A stretch of DNA of 64,000 bases from assembly GCA_043827405.1 (NCBI GenBank), contig JBDRPD010000083.1:1-64000 (forward strand), given 5' to 3'. The DNA comes from Elusimicrobiota bacterium (lineage in GTDB: Bacteria; Elusimicrobiota; Elusimicrobia; UBA1565). Shown in pieces: positions 45,868 through 55,342 of this stretch. The notes under the pieces were generated by a model. It had not been told where the DNA came from. It saw only the letters and a list, made by a program, of their open reading frames with translations, and searched no databases. The first letter of the stretch is position 1; each line of letters opens with the position of its first letter. Both the position numbers and the translations under genes were made by a program.

Positions 45868-48459
45868 ATGATCCTGCTTAGGTATCTTATTCTCAGTTTA
45901 ATTGTTTTTGGGCTCCCGCTCCAGGCGCAGGCGGCCAGAGGCGAGCGTGGGAGTTCGGATAAGCAGAAACAGGAAGCCGAATCGCCCGGTCTCTGGAGCC
46001 GCGCCTGGAATTCCTTTAAATCGGTTTTTGTCCCGCCCGATCCTCCTCCCAGCTATCCCCCGGAAGTCGCGGAAGCGAAGTTTCAGCAATCGGTGTCCAA
46101 AACCAAGCAGTTTCTCGAATCCAAGCAAGGGCAGGAGGTCGGAAAGGGCGGGAATAAAACAGTAATAGATGAGAAGTCCATTCAGCAGTTCGAAGCCGAG
46201 GCAAACAAGCTGGCCAATGAGCCGGATCCCGAAAAGAGGGTCGCGGCGCAAAACGCTTTTCTCGCCCTGCAGGAAACCCGTAATAAGATGCGGCAGATGT
46301 ACCAGCAGGAAACCGGTAACGGCCTTCTCGACCGCGCCGCACGCAAGCAGGTGCGCAATTACTATCGCGACCAGATGAAGCACTATTCGAGCCAGCTCGA
46401 TGAGATGGGCTATGGTGGGTTGGCGGGCAAATACTTCAAGTCGCAGGGCGACAAGGAAGGTCCGGCGGCGATCGCGGAGGCGGGCGCCAAGATCGCGCCC
46501 AACTATGCGCCGGCGCAGCGGGACTGGATGAACGCCGAGCTCGATGCGGGCAACTATGAGGATGCGAAAGACGCGGGGATGCAGGCCATGCAGCTTAATC
46601 CCGAGCATCCGGAGCCCTATGTCGGAGTATCCAAGGCCAGCTATGAGCTGCGGGACTATGAGGACGCCTACCAGTTCTCCAAGCGGGCCCTCGACATCAA
46701 CCCCCGGGACTATCGCGCGCGGACGATCAACCGCCTGTCGGTGCAGCGGCTGGGCGATCGAAGCGATACCGCGCGGGCCGACGCCGGCGCCGTTCCGGTG
46801 GTCGCGGCGAAGGCGGCCTCCGCCATGCGGACGGCTCCGGCTTATCGTCAGTTTGCGCAGCCGTCCGCCGCGGCCGACGGGCGGGCCTCCGAGCAGCTTT
46901 TGGCCTCGAAGCTCTACGCCAACAAGGCGATGACCTTGCTGCAGCAGGGCGATGCCAAGGCCGCCGCCCAGGCCGCCGTCGCCGCGCTGCGCGCCAATCC
47001 GACCAACCTCAGGGCGCGTGTCGCTTACATAAAGGCGCTGGAAAAGACCGGTCGGCATCAGTTGATGCTCTATGCAGTTAATGAGGCGCTCAGGTATCAC
47101 CCCAACAACTCGATGCTGCTGGCGATGCGGGCCGGCGCCTTCAATCATATGAAGCAGTATAAGGACGCGCTCGCTTCCGCCACTGGGGCGATCGTCGCCG
47201 ACAGCAAGAACCCCGAGGCCTATCTGCAGAAGGCGTGGGCGCTCGACGGCATGGGCCGCAAGCTCGAGCGCAACCAGGCGCTGGAGCTCGCTCGTCAGTA
47301 CGGCGGCGCCGGCACGAAGTACGAGCAGGTATGGGAGAAGGTAAACGAGCTCGACGAGGGGGAGCTGGCGGCCTGGCTGGCGGGTGAGAATTTGCCGCCC
47401 AAGGAGCAGGCCGCCAAGGGCGTTTGGGGCAAGGGTTTTGAGAACCGCCGCCTGCTGACTTTGGGGCTGACCAGCATCGTCGGCGGCTTTCTTATCGCCC
47501 TCGGCTTGCTGCGGTCGTTCTCCAGCCGCTGGAAGGCGCTCATGCATCGGATTGCCCTGGCCTTCGGACGCGAATCGCCGCGGCTCGAAACGCATGCCGC
47601 GGCGGCCGGACTGCCCGGCGGCAACGGGGCTTCGCGCGATGTCGGCGAAATTTTGTCGCGCGGCTACGACGTGCGGCGGGAGCTGGGCGTGGGCGGCATG
47701 GGCATCGTTTATGAAGCCGTCGACCGTGCTCTGCAGCGCCGGGTGGCGGTCAAGAAAATGCGCGACGAAATCCGCTCCGATCCGCGTGAGCGCGAGCGCT
47801 TTTTGGTCGAGGCGCGCACCGTCGCCACTTTGCATCATCCCAATATCGTCGAGATATTCTCCATCGTCGAGGACGGCCGCGACGCCTTCCTGATCTTTGA
47901 ATTCGTCGACGGCAAGGACGTTAACGAGGTCCTGCACAAAAAGAAGCGGTTGACCTTTACCGAAGCCGTCAGCGTCCTGCGCGGGGTGACCGCGGCTCTC
48001 GACTACGCGCACAGCCGCCGTGTCGTGCACCGCGACCTTAAGCCATCCAATATCATGGTGAGTAAAGAGGGACGGGTGAAGGTTATGGACTTCGGCGTCG
48101 CCCGTATGGCCAAGGACTCGCTTTCGCGCGTGTCGCGCACCAACACCGTCGTCGGAACGCCGCCCTATATGGCGCCGGAGCAGGAGCAGGGCCGGGTCTG
48201 CTCGGAATCCGATATCTATGCGCTCGCGGTCATGCTTTACGAGATGGTGACAGGGCGCCTGCCCTTTGAAGGGGTCGGCGCCGGCATGCTCATGGCCAAG
48301 CTCAATAAGACCTATGTGCCGGCCGGTCGCGTGGTTTCCGGTTTGCCCGCAGGCTTTGACGCGGCGCTGGATCGGGCGTTGGAGCCCGAGCCTGAAAAGC
48401 GTTGGAAGACGGCCGGTGAGTTCCTCAGCAGCCTCGACGCGCTGTCGATACCGCGCTGA
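45868..48459 (+). CDS. Receptor-like Hanks-type Ser/Thr kinase (signal peptide, TPR ectodomain, TM helix, C-terminal kinase)
   Basis: AQA signal cleavage site, TPR repeats, TM LLTLGLTSIVGGFLIALGLL, GVGGMG, VAVKK, HRDLKPSN, DFG, GTPPYMAPE. Confidence 0.92.
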   Translation: MILLRYLILSLIVFGLPLQAQAARGERGSSDKQKQEAESPGLWSRAWNSFKSVFVPPDPPPSYPPEVAEAKFQQSVSKTKQFLESKQGQEVGKGGNKTVIDEKSIQQFEAEANKLANEPDPEKRVAAQNAFLALQETRNKMRQMYQQETGNGLLDRAARKQVRNYYRDQMKHYSSQLDEMGYGGLAGKYFKSQGDKEGPAAIAEAGAKIAPNYAPAQRDWMNAELDAGNYEDAKDAGMQAMQLNPEHPEPYVGVSKASYELRDYEDAYQFSKRALDINPRDYRARTINRLSVQRLGDRSDTARADAGAVPVVAAKAASAMRTAPAYRQFAQPSAAADGRASEQLLASKLYANKAMTLLQQGDAKAAAQAAVAALRANPTNLRARVAYIKALEKTGRHQLMLYAVNEALRYHPNNSMLLAMRAGAFNHMKQYKDALASATGAIVADSKNPEAYLQKAWALDGMGRKLERNQALELARQYGGAGTKYEQVWEKVNELDEGELAAWLAGENLPPKEQAAKGVWGKGFENRRLLTLGLTSIVGGFLIALGLLRSFSSRWKALMHRIALAFGRESPRLETHAAAAGLPGGNGASRDVGEILSRGYDVRRELGVGGMGIVYEAVDRALQRRVAVKKMRDEIRSDPRERERFLVEARTVATLHHPNIVEIFSIVEDGRDAFLIFEFVDGKDVNEVLHKKKRLTFTEAVSVLRGVTAALDYAHSRRVVHRDLKPSNIMVSKEGRVKVMDFGVARMAKDSLSRVSRTNTVVGTPPYMAPEQEQGRVCSESDIYALAVMLYEMVTGRLPFEGVGAGMLMAKLNKTYVPAGRVVSGLPAGFDAALDRALEPEPEKRWKTAGEFLSSLDALSIPR

Positions 48460-48473
48460 GTGCGCCGCTCTTG

Positions 48474-48502
48474 TTGATTGGGCGGGATTTCTCTGATATA
48501 CT
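48474..48502 (+). promoter_or_regulatory. Sigma70-type promoter upstream of ssrA
   Basis: TTGATT-17 bp-TATACT with an extended TG; a second TGGTATGCT element lies at 48559-48567. Confidence 0.6.
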
Positions 48503-48583
48503 GCGGGGGGCCTGTCACTCGCGTTTATCGCGTCCGCAATCCTTCCTTAATAGTCCGGTGGTATGCTGAAGGGTGCGATAAAC

Positions 48584-48941
48584 GGGGGTGAATAGGTTCG
48601 ACATGGGTCGTTTCGTCTGACGGTCGCAGGCCCTGGTTGGTCGGAGCCAGGATAAAATCCGCCCAAACAACAACTGCCAACTCACCGTTGGCCTGGGCAA
48701 CTGCCTAAACCGCAGTAAGTCCACGTCGGTCCTCCAATGCCTGCTAGGGGGAGTCCGGCGCCAAGAAGCGGGCTGGGGAACGCGGCGCGAGCGTCGTCGC
48801 CGCGGTCCCGAGACAAAACGAGGCTAGTCCCGGGATACTCGTTCGGCGGTTTTTCCGGGGCGAAACTGAAGCCGAACTAAGCCTGTAGTGGTCTCAGACA
48901 GCGTTCCGTGGACGCGGGTGCGATTCCCGCCACCTCCACCA
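48584..48941 (+). ncRNA. ssrA: tmRNA (transfer-messenger RNA)
   Basis: 5' GGGGGTG pairs with 3' CACCTCC-ACCA, including the G3:U alanine determinant; 5' TTCGAC; T-arm GCGGG-TGCGATT-CCCGC; tag frame 48676-48708 reads ANSPLAWATA*; 358 nt. Confidence 0.95.
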
Positions 48942-48955
48942 TTTTATTGGCAGCA

Positions 48956-50281
48956 ATGCTGAACAGACGCAACGTCACTTTCATCGTCTGCTGTCTCATC
49001 TTTGCCGCGGTATCCGCAGCGCTCTACCGCCTGCAAGGCTGGGAGGCCGTGCTGTTTCCCGCCTATGGCCTGATCTACTTGTGGAACGACCTCCGCAACG
49101 AGGAAGAAACCCACATCATATTTTTGTTTTTGACCTTCATCGCCGGTTTTCTTGTATCGACTCGTCTCGCCGATGTCGTTGTGGTCGCCGCCTTGGTCGC
49201 CGAGGGGGTCGGTATTGTGCTGTTGTGTGCGGGGCTGAGCATCCACCGCGGCCGGCTCGGCGGTGAAAGCCACCGCATCCGTTCCGAGGTCGAGAAGCTG
49301 GATCTCCATATCCGGGATCATCAGCGCGAGCATAAGTTCTATCAGGCTTATGAATCCTCCGCGCTCACCCAGATCCGGCTGCGCCGCGATCTGACGCAGG
49401 CGGCGCGCAGCCTCGGCAACACCATGGACTCTCAGGAGGTCAAGCTCCGCCTGACCGGAATCCTTGAGGGGCGATTCAAGGGGAGCAAGGTGAGCATTCT
49501 GCCGGGCCGCGCGGATGACCCGGTGGCCCAGTACGTCCTCAAGAGCAGAACGCCGGTTTTGGTCAAGGATATGCGCAAGGAGGTCCGCTTCGGCCCGCGG
49601 ACGCCCGCCGCCGAGCTGCGCTCGTCGCTCGTCGTGCAGCTCAATGTCATGAAGAAGCCCTACGGTTTTGTGCGCGTTGAGACCGGCCAGCCCGATGCCT
49701 ATTCCAACGATGATCTCAAGACGGTGGATCTGTTCGCGACGCTGGCCGGGCTGACCCTGGAGAATATCCAGCTCTATGACAAGGTGGGGACCATGGCGGC
49801 GCACGACAGCCTGACCCGGCTGGTCACCCAGCGCACTTTTCTGCAGCGGCTGAAAGAAGAGCTCCTGCGCGCCGGGCGCGCCCAGATGCCGTTATCCCTG
49901 ATTATGCTCGATGTCGATCACTTCAAGCGCTACAACGACACCTATGGTCACCAGGCCGGCGACGAGGTGCTGCGCACGGTTTCCCGCATCCTCGTCAACC
50001 GTATCCGGCAGGTGGACTGCGCGGCGCGCTATGGGGGCGAGGAGTTTATGGTCATCCTTCCGAACGTCGACCCCCCCCGGGCGCGAGAGGTCGCCGAGGA
50101 TCTCCGGGCGGCGATTGAAGCGGAGCCGCTGATATTCCAGGGACAGCGCACCCGGGTCACGGCGAGCTTCGGCGTGTCCTCCTTTCCGCAGGATGCGACC
50201 TCGCAGAGCCAGCTGGTGCGCTCGGTCGACGAGCGGCTCTATCAAAGTAAAGCGCAAGGGCGCAACCGGGTGACCGGATGA
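48956..50281 (+). CDS. Membrane-bound GAF-GGDEF diguanylate cyclase
   Basis: N-terminal TM helices, GAF-like region, DVDHFKRYND, RQVD I-site, GGEEF; start ATG 48956. Confidence 0.92.
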   Translation: MLNRRNVTFIVCCLIFAAVSAALYRLQGWEAVLFPAYGLIYLWNDLRNEEETHIIFLFLTFIAGFLVSTRLADVVVVAALVAEGVGIVLLCAGLSIHRGRLGGESHRIRSEVEKLDLHIRDHQREHKFYQAYESSALTQIRLRRDLTQAARSLGNTMDSQEVKLRLTGILEGRFKGSKVSILPGRADDPVAQYVLKSRTPVLVKDMRKEVRFGPRTPAAELRSSLVVQLNVMKKPYGFVRVETGQPDAYSNDDLKTVDLFATLAGLTLENIQLYDKVGTMAAHDSLTRLVTQRTFLQRLKEELLRAGRAQMPLSLIMLDVDHFKRYNDTYGHQAGDEVLRTVSRILVNRIRQVDCAARYGGEEFMVILPNVDPPRAREVAEDLRAAIEAEPLIFQGQRTRVTASFGVSSFPQDATSQSQLVRSVDERLYQSKAQGRNRVTG

Positions 50282-51570
50282 GCCTCGTTGTGATGGTCGC
50301 ACTGCTGTCGATGTTTCAGGCGGCCGCGCTGTGGGGCGCTTATCCCCGGCGGCGGCGGGCATCCAGCATCGCCGCGGGCCTCGCCGTTGTCTTCTGGGTG
50401 CTGGGCTTCGCTTTTGTCGGCGGCGCCTATGCGGCGCCTTGGGTGCTGGCGGGACTGCTCAGCATCGGAACCTGCTATTATGCCTCCTATGTGGTCGGGC
50501 GCAACAGCGACGAATACGACCGCCTGGATGCCGCGCTCGAACAGCGGCAAAAGAGCCGTTTGGAGCTGCGCAGCAAAGTCAGCGCGGCGCGTGCCCGTAT
50601 TCAAAAAATCGAGACCGAGCAGCGCGAGGTCACGGCGCTTTACAGCATGATCAAGGGATTGTCGGAGGCGCTGTCGTGGGAGGAGATGCGCCCCAAGCTG
50701 GAGATCGCGATCCAGCAGTACCTCGGGGTCGAATCCTTCGCGCTCTATGTCGAAGAGGATGGAAAGATGCGGCTGATCGCCGCCCGCAAGATGAGCGCTT
50801 CCGTCGGCGCCGCCTGGGGAACCTTCGAGCGCTTTTTGCAGGAGCATAAGATTCCCGTGCGCGTGCCTCATGTCTTCGACTTTACGGAGCAGGCCGTCGG
50901 CGTGCCGATCTTTGAGAACGAGAAGCTCTCCGGCTATTTCTATGTCCGCGCGCCCGAGAAGACCGACGCGGTGGGGCTGCTGGCGAAGTGCGAGAACTTC
51001 GTCGAGGAGATATCTTTCGCTTTCCGGCGGGTGCGGCTGTTCCAAGAGGTCGAGCGCTATTCCGTGACCGACGGCCTCACCGGGCTTTACCGCCGGGGCG
51101 AGCTGGACCGCAAGCTGCAGGAAGAGGTCATCCGCGGCCGCACTTTCAAGACCACGTTCTGTCTAATGCTGCTCGACATCGACCACTTTAAATCATTGAA
51201 TGACAAGTACGGGCATCCTTTTGGGGACCAGGTGCTCGCCCGCATCGGGCAGGTGCTGCGCGACAGCTTCTATGAGACCGATTTCGTCGCGCGCTATGGG
51301 GGCGAGGAGTTCGCGGTGCTGATGCCGCGTGCCCAGATGGACGGGGTTTTGCGCAAGGCGGAGTCGGTGCGCCATGCCGTTGCCGCCGAGACCTTCGAGA
51401 TCGCGATGCAGAAGCTGCGGGTGACGATGTCTATCGGCATCGCGCACTTCCCGCGCGACGGGGAGTCCGCCGAGGCCGTGCTGCGGCAGGCGGACCAGGC
51501 GCTGTACTACGCTAAAGAGAATGGACGCAACCGGACGGTGGATATTTCGCAGACGCGGGGCGACAAATGA
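50278..51570 (+). CDS. Membrane-bound GGDEF diguanylate cyclase
   Basis: TM helices, coiled coil, TDGLTGL, DIDHFK, GGEEF. Confidence 0.92.
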   Translation: MSLVVMVALLSMFQAAALWGAYPRRRRASSIAAGLAVVFWVLGFAFVGGAYAAPWVLAGLLSIGTCYYASYVVGRNSDEYDRLDAALEQRQKSRLELRSKVSAARARIQKIETEQREVTALYSMIKGLSEALSWEEMRPKLEIAIQQYLGVESFALYVEEDGKMRLIAARKMSASVGAAWGTFERFLQEHKIPVRVPHVFDFTEQAVGVPIFENEKLSGYFYVRAPEKTDAVGLLAKCENFVEEISFAFRRVRLFQEVERYSVTDGLTGLYRRGELDRKLQEEVIRGRTFKTTFCLMLLDIDHFKSLNDKYGHPFGDQVLARIGQVLRDSFYETDFVARYGGEEFAVLMPRAQMDGVLRKAESVRHAVAAETFEIAMQKLRVTMSIGIAHFPRDGESAEAVLRQADQALYYAKENGRNRTVDISQTRGDK

Positions 51571-52727
51571 ACGAAGAAGAATTTCCCAAGGACGAAACTG
51601 AAAAAACTCCCGACGCGGCGGCGGACACCGCCGCCGCGGCCGCAAAAGAAAGCGGCCCCGATGAAGCCGGGGCGCGAGGGGAGAACGACCGGCGCGCCGA
51701 GCCTGAAAAGCCGCCGGAGCCCCGGCTGATGAATCGCCGCGCTTCGGACCTGCATCCCATCAAGCGCCGGCTGGTGATGTCTCTGGTGGGGCTCTACGCC
51801 GTCTCGGTGATCGCGGCGGCGGCGGTGCTGTGGCGCTCACAGAGCATGCGCTCCGGCGGCGACGGCAAGGGCATCGACCTTAAGCCGGTCGCCGGCATGC
51901 TCGCGAACAAGGATGCCGTCGGCATGCTGACGATCAGCGGTCCGATCTACCGCTCCGAGGGCGGGCGCATGTTCGAGCGCGGCGTTCAGCAGTGGGGGCG
52001 CCACATCGAGAAGCTGGCCAAGAAGAAGGAGGTCAAGGCGATCGTCATCAGCATCAACTCCCCGGGCGGCAGCGTGGGGGCGGTGCAGGAGCTCTACGAT
52101 ACGATCCTGCGGGTGAAGAAGGAGCATAAGAAGCCGGTGGTGGCCCATCTGGGCGACGTCGCGGCTTCCGGCGGCTACTACTTGGCCATTACCTGCGACC
52201 ATATCGTGGCGCATCCGGGGACTTTGCTCGGCTCGATCGGCGTCATCTTCAGCAACGTGAACGTCGAGGGCCTGCTCACGAAGGTCGGCATCAAGTCGCG
52301 GGTCATCAAGTCGGGCAAGATGAAGGATATCGGCTCGATGTCCCGGCCGATGACGGAAGAGGAGCGCGCGCTGATGCAGGAGCTTATCGACAACGCGTAC
52401 GCGCAGTTTCTCGGCGCCGTGGTCAAGGGGCGCAAGCAGCCGGCCAGCAAGATCCGGCCGCTGGCCGACGGCCGTATCTTCACCGGCCAGCAGGCGCTGG
52501 AGCTCGGCCTCATCGACAGCCTCGGGGACTCGCATGCGGCGGTTATGCTGGCGGCCAAGCTGGGCGGCATCAAGGACGCTGAACCCCGGATCATCCGCGG
52601 CTCCGACGGCCTCTCGAACTTTATGGAGCTGCTGGACTCGCGTTGGGGCGGCCTGTTCTCTGCCCGGAGCGCGGCGCTGCAGGAGTTCAAGCAGTGGGGC
52701 TACCATGGGCTGGAGTACCGCTGGTGA
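51567..52727 (+). CDS. sppA: Signal peptide peptidase SppA (S49)
   Basis: INSPGGS, AASGGYY, GSIGV, KSGKMKD, DGRIFTGQQA. Confidence 0.93.
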   Translation: MNEEEFPKDETEKTPDAAADTAAAAAKESGPDEAGARGENDRRAEPEKPPEPRLMNRRASDLHPIKRRLVMSLVGLYAVSVIAAAAVLWRSQSMRSGGDGKGIDLKPVAGMLANKDAVGMLTISGPIYRSEGGRMFERGVQQWGRHIEKLAKKKEVKAIVISINSPGGSVGAVQELYDTILRVKKEHKKPVVAHLGDVAASGGYYLAITCDHIVAHPGTLLGSIGVIFSNVNVEGLLTKVGIKSRVIKSGKMKDIGSMSRPMTEEERALMQELIDNAYAQFLGAVVKGRKQPASKIRPLADGRIFTGQQALELGLIDSLGDSHAAVMLAAKLGGIKDAEPRIIRGSDGLSNFMELLDSRWGGLFSARSAALQEFKQWGYHGLEYRW

Positions 52728-53314
52728 CTACCGTCAGCGAGAGCATCGGCGTCTTCTACGACTTTATCGAAGACCCGCCGCGCGCGGCGGAGGCCGCGCG
52801 CCGGGATGCGCCGCTGACTTTGGGTATCGGCGCCTACCTGCTGTCGGCGCTCAGCCTGTTTTTGGCGCAGGCGATCTCGGGCAAGACCGGCCTGTTCGGG
52901 CTGACCTGGATGTCGATCAGCTTCGTTACCGTATGGAGCGTCGGCATGGGCATCCTGCAGACCGGGCTGGTGCACGTGGTGGCGGAGGTTTGCGGCGGAA
53001 AGGGGCGGGCGGTGTCGCTGTTTGTGATGCTGGGTCTCAGCGAGCTCGCTTGGGCGCTGGTCCTGCCCGGCGTCCTGGTGGTCCAGGCCTTCTTCCCCGA
53101 TTCGAGATGGGGTTTGCCCGTGGTGTCCTTCTTCGTCAGCGTAATCTGCATTTTTCTCAAGGTTCGCTGCATTCGTCTCAACTACCGCTTCGGCTCGCTG
53201 CAGGCCTGGTTCTCGATTCTGTTCCCGTACCTGGCGGTCGCCGCCGCCTGCGCCTTCATATTCCTGGCGGCGATATGGGATCTGGTGCGCGGCCTTAAAG
53301 GCCTGATGCTGTGA
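52724..53314 (+). CDS. Yip1-like polytopic membrane protein
   Basis: About five hydrophobic helices; GTG 52724 overlaps the sppA stop. Confidence 0.65.
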   Translation: MTTVSESIGVFYDFIEDPPRAAEAARRDAPLTLGIGAYLLSALSLFLAQAISGKTGLFGLTWMSISFVTVWSVGMGILQTGLVHVVAEVCGGKGRAVSLFVMLGLSELAWALVLPGVLVVQAFFPDSRWGLPVVSFFVSVICIFLKVRCIRLNYRFGSLQAWFSILFPYLAVAAACAFIFLAAIWDLVRGLKGLML

Positions 53315-54054
53315 AGGAAGCGATTCCCGAGGAGTATCAGGGCTATCCAGTCGTCACTCCGAAGATGATGCAGGAGATCGACCGGCGGGCGATCGAGGAG
53401 TACGGCATCCCCTCGCTTGAGCTGATGGAAAGCGCCGGGCGGGCCATCGCCGATGAGACGATCAAGTATCTCAAGAAGCACTCGACCATGCCGGTCGAGG
53501 ATACCATGGTGACCGTCTGCTGCGGCCGCGGCAATAACGGCGGCGACGGACTGGTGGTCGCGCGCTATCTGAAAGAGGCGGGCTACGAGGTGCAGGTCTA
53601 TATCGCGCCTGCCAAGCGCGACCGGCCCTACCCGGACGAGGTGCATAAGAATCTGGGACGCGCCAACGAAGTCGGCGTTTCGGTGCACCAGGTCTCGGAA
53701 GAGCTGGTCGAGCTTGACGTCCGCCTGCGCTCCTCGGCGATCAATATCGACGCTTTGCTCGGCACCGGAGCCAGCGGCAAGCCCGCCGGCTATACGCACC
53801 GCATGGTTCAGCGCTTGATGAAGGCCGGCAAGCCCATTATCTCCGTGGATGTGCCCACCGGCCTTAATCCCGAGACCGGCTATCACAGCGGCGTGGTCGT
53901 AACCGCGGTGATGACCTGCGCCTTGGGCCTGCCCAAATGCGGCCTGCTGGCGACGGCGGCACGCCGCTTCGTCGGCGAGCTTAAAATTCTGGAGATCGGC
54001 TTTCCCGAGGACCTGATCCGTAAGGTCGTCGACGCCGCGGAGCGGATGCGTTGA
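53311..54054 (+). CDS. nnrE: NAD(P)H-hydrate epimerase (stand-alone YjeF N-terminal domain)
   Basis: LMESAG, CGRGNNGGDG, DALLGTG, SVDVPTG. Confidence 0.92.
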   Translation: MKEAIPEEYQGYPVVTPKMMQEIDRRAIEEYGIPSLELMESAGRAIADETIKYLKKHSTMPVEDTMVTVCCGRGNNGGDGLVVARYLKEAGYEVQVYIAPAKRDRPYPDEVHKNLGRANEVGVSVHQVSEELVELDVRLRSSAINIDALLGTGASGKPAGYTHRMVQRLMKAGKPIISVDVPTGLNPETGYHSGVVVTAVMTCALGLPKCGLLATAARRFVGELKILEIGFPEDLIRKVVDAAERMR

Positions 54055-54638
54055 TTCGGTTCGCCGCCGTTCTGCTGGCGGCGGGGCTGGCCGCCTGTGC
54101 GCAGACGCCCAAGAAGTCCGCGGCGCTTAAACCCCTGCCGCCTTCCACGTCCGCCGACAGCGGCCGTTTCGCCGTATTGACAACAAGCCGCGGCGAGATC
54201 AGGGTTAAGCTGCTGGCCGACGAAGCGCCGCTGGCGGTCAAGAACTTCACCAGCCTGGCGGCTGGGAAGTCCAAGCGCCCGTTCTATAACGGCACGCATT
54301 TTTTTAAAGTGATCCCCGGCTTCATTATTCAAGGAGGAGATCCGTTAAACACCGGCCAGGGCGGGGCGGGCTATACGTTCGCCGACGAGTTCTATCCGCG
54401 GCGGAAATTCGACCGGGCCGGCCTGGTGGCGCTGGCCAGTTCGGCGCCCGACAGCAATAGCTCGCAGTTTTTCATCACCTTGGCTCCGGCGCCCTGGCTC
54501 GACGGCAAGCACACCATCTTCGGAGAAGTGGTCGAGGGCATGGATGTCGTGGCGGCTATCGCCGCCGCACCGCTGCGCGGCGACCGTCCGGTCATGCCGC
54601 AGGTTCTGCGGACGGTCCGCATCGAGGGGGAAAAGTAG
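54051..54638 (+). CDS. Cyclophilin-type peptidyl-prolyl isomerase, predicted lipoprotein
   Basis: Lipobox LAAC, QGGDP, SQFFIT, WLDGKHTIFGEV. Confidence 0.9.
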   Translation: MIRFAAVLLAAGLAACAQTPKKSAALKPLPPSTSADSGRFAVLTTSRGEIRVKLLADEAPLAVKNFTSLAAGKSKRPFYNGTHFFKVIPGFIIQGGDPLNTGQGGAGYTFADEFYPRRKFDRAGLVALASSAPDSNSSQFFITLAPAPWLDGKHTIFGEVVEGMDVVAAIAAAPLRGDRPVMPQVLRTVRIEGEK

Positions 54639-54651
54639 AGTGCGGCGGATC

Positions 54652-55338
54652 ATGGACGGGCTTTACCGGCTGGAATCGGGAGGGTTCGTCAACTCCTATT
54701 TGATCGAAGGCGTCTCCGATCTGACTCTGGTCGACAGCGGGCATTCGCGCGCGGCGCGAGCGCTGCTGGGTGAGCTCAAAGACAACGGTTTCCAGGTCCG
54801 CGACATCGGCCGCGTTGTGCTGACCCACACCCACGCCGATCATGTCGGCGGGCTGGCGGCGCTTCTGGACCGGCATCCGGTTAAAATATTCGCCCACCCC
54901 AAAGAGATCCCCATTCTGCAGGGCAAGCAGCTGGCCAAGCCTCTCAAGGGTATCCGGGGATTTATCTCCGAATTTGTGCAGGAGCATTGGTTTCCCTGGC
55001 CTCCGGTAGAGGCGGTATTTCCGCTGGAGCCGGGCAGCCCGGTGCGCGGGCTGTCGCAGTGGCAGGTTCTGCTTACGCCCGGACATACCGCGGGCTCGGT
55101 GAGCCTGTTTAATCCCGCCAAGCAGGTGCTGATATGCGGCGATTCGATCAGTAATCTCCGGGGACGCCTGCAGCTGCCTGCCGCCTGCTACAATGCCAGC
55201 AACTCGGCCCTGCGCCGCACCATCGAGGAGCTCGCCAAGCTCGATACCGACATCCTATGTCCGGGCCATGGTCCGGTTCTGCGCGGGGGCGCCTTCCGCT
55301 ACATCGAGGCGCTGCAGGCCCGGCGGCGCAGCAGCTAG
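54652..55338 (+). CDS. MBL-fold metallo-hydrolase
   Basis: THTHADHVGG, TPGHTAG, GD, PGHG; start ATG 54652. Confidence 0.9.
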   Translation: MDGLYRLESGGFVNSYLIEGVSDLTLVDSGHSRAARALLGELKDNGFQVRDIGRVVLTHTHADHVGGLAALLDRHPVKIFAHPKEIPILQGKQLAKPLKGIRGFISEFVQEHWFPWPPVEAVFPLEPGSPVRGLSQWQVLLTPGHTAGSVSLFNPAKQVLICGDSISNLRGRLQLPAACYNASNSALRRTIEELAKLDTDILCPGHGPVLRGGAFRYIEALQARRRSS

Positions 55339-55342
55339 CCGG

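Noticed and set aside
45898..48030. 710-aa antisense ORF, and similar long ones at 306-1112, 1100-2251, 9580-11052 and 41342-42742
   Set aside because: They lie opposite genes with clear family motifs, have no motifs of their own, and are expected shadows in GC-rich coding DNA
48515..48724. 69-aa minus-strand ORF
   Set aside because: Antisense to tmRNA with no recognisable protein features
48911..48941. tmRNA 3' end as an integration (att) site
   Set aside because: No integrase nearby and no long duplicate seen; the short match cgccacctcc at 651-660 lies inside a CDS and is compatible with chance
48908..48955. N-terminal extension of the first diguanylate cyclase (GTG 48908)
   Set aside because: It overlaps the tmRNA T-arm and acceptor stem; ATG 48956 is more plausible
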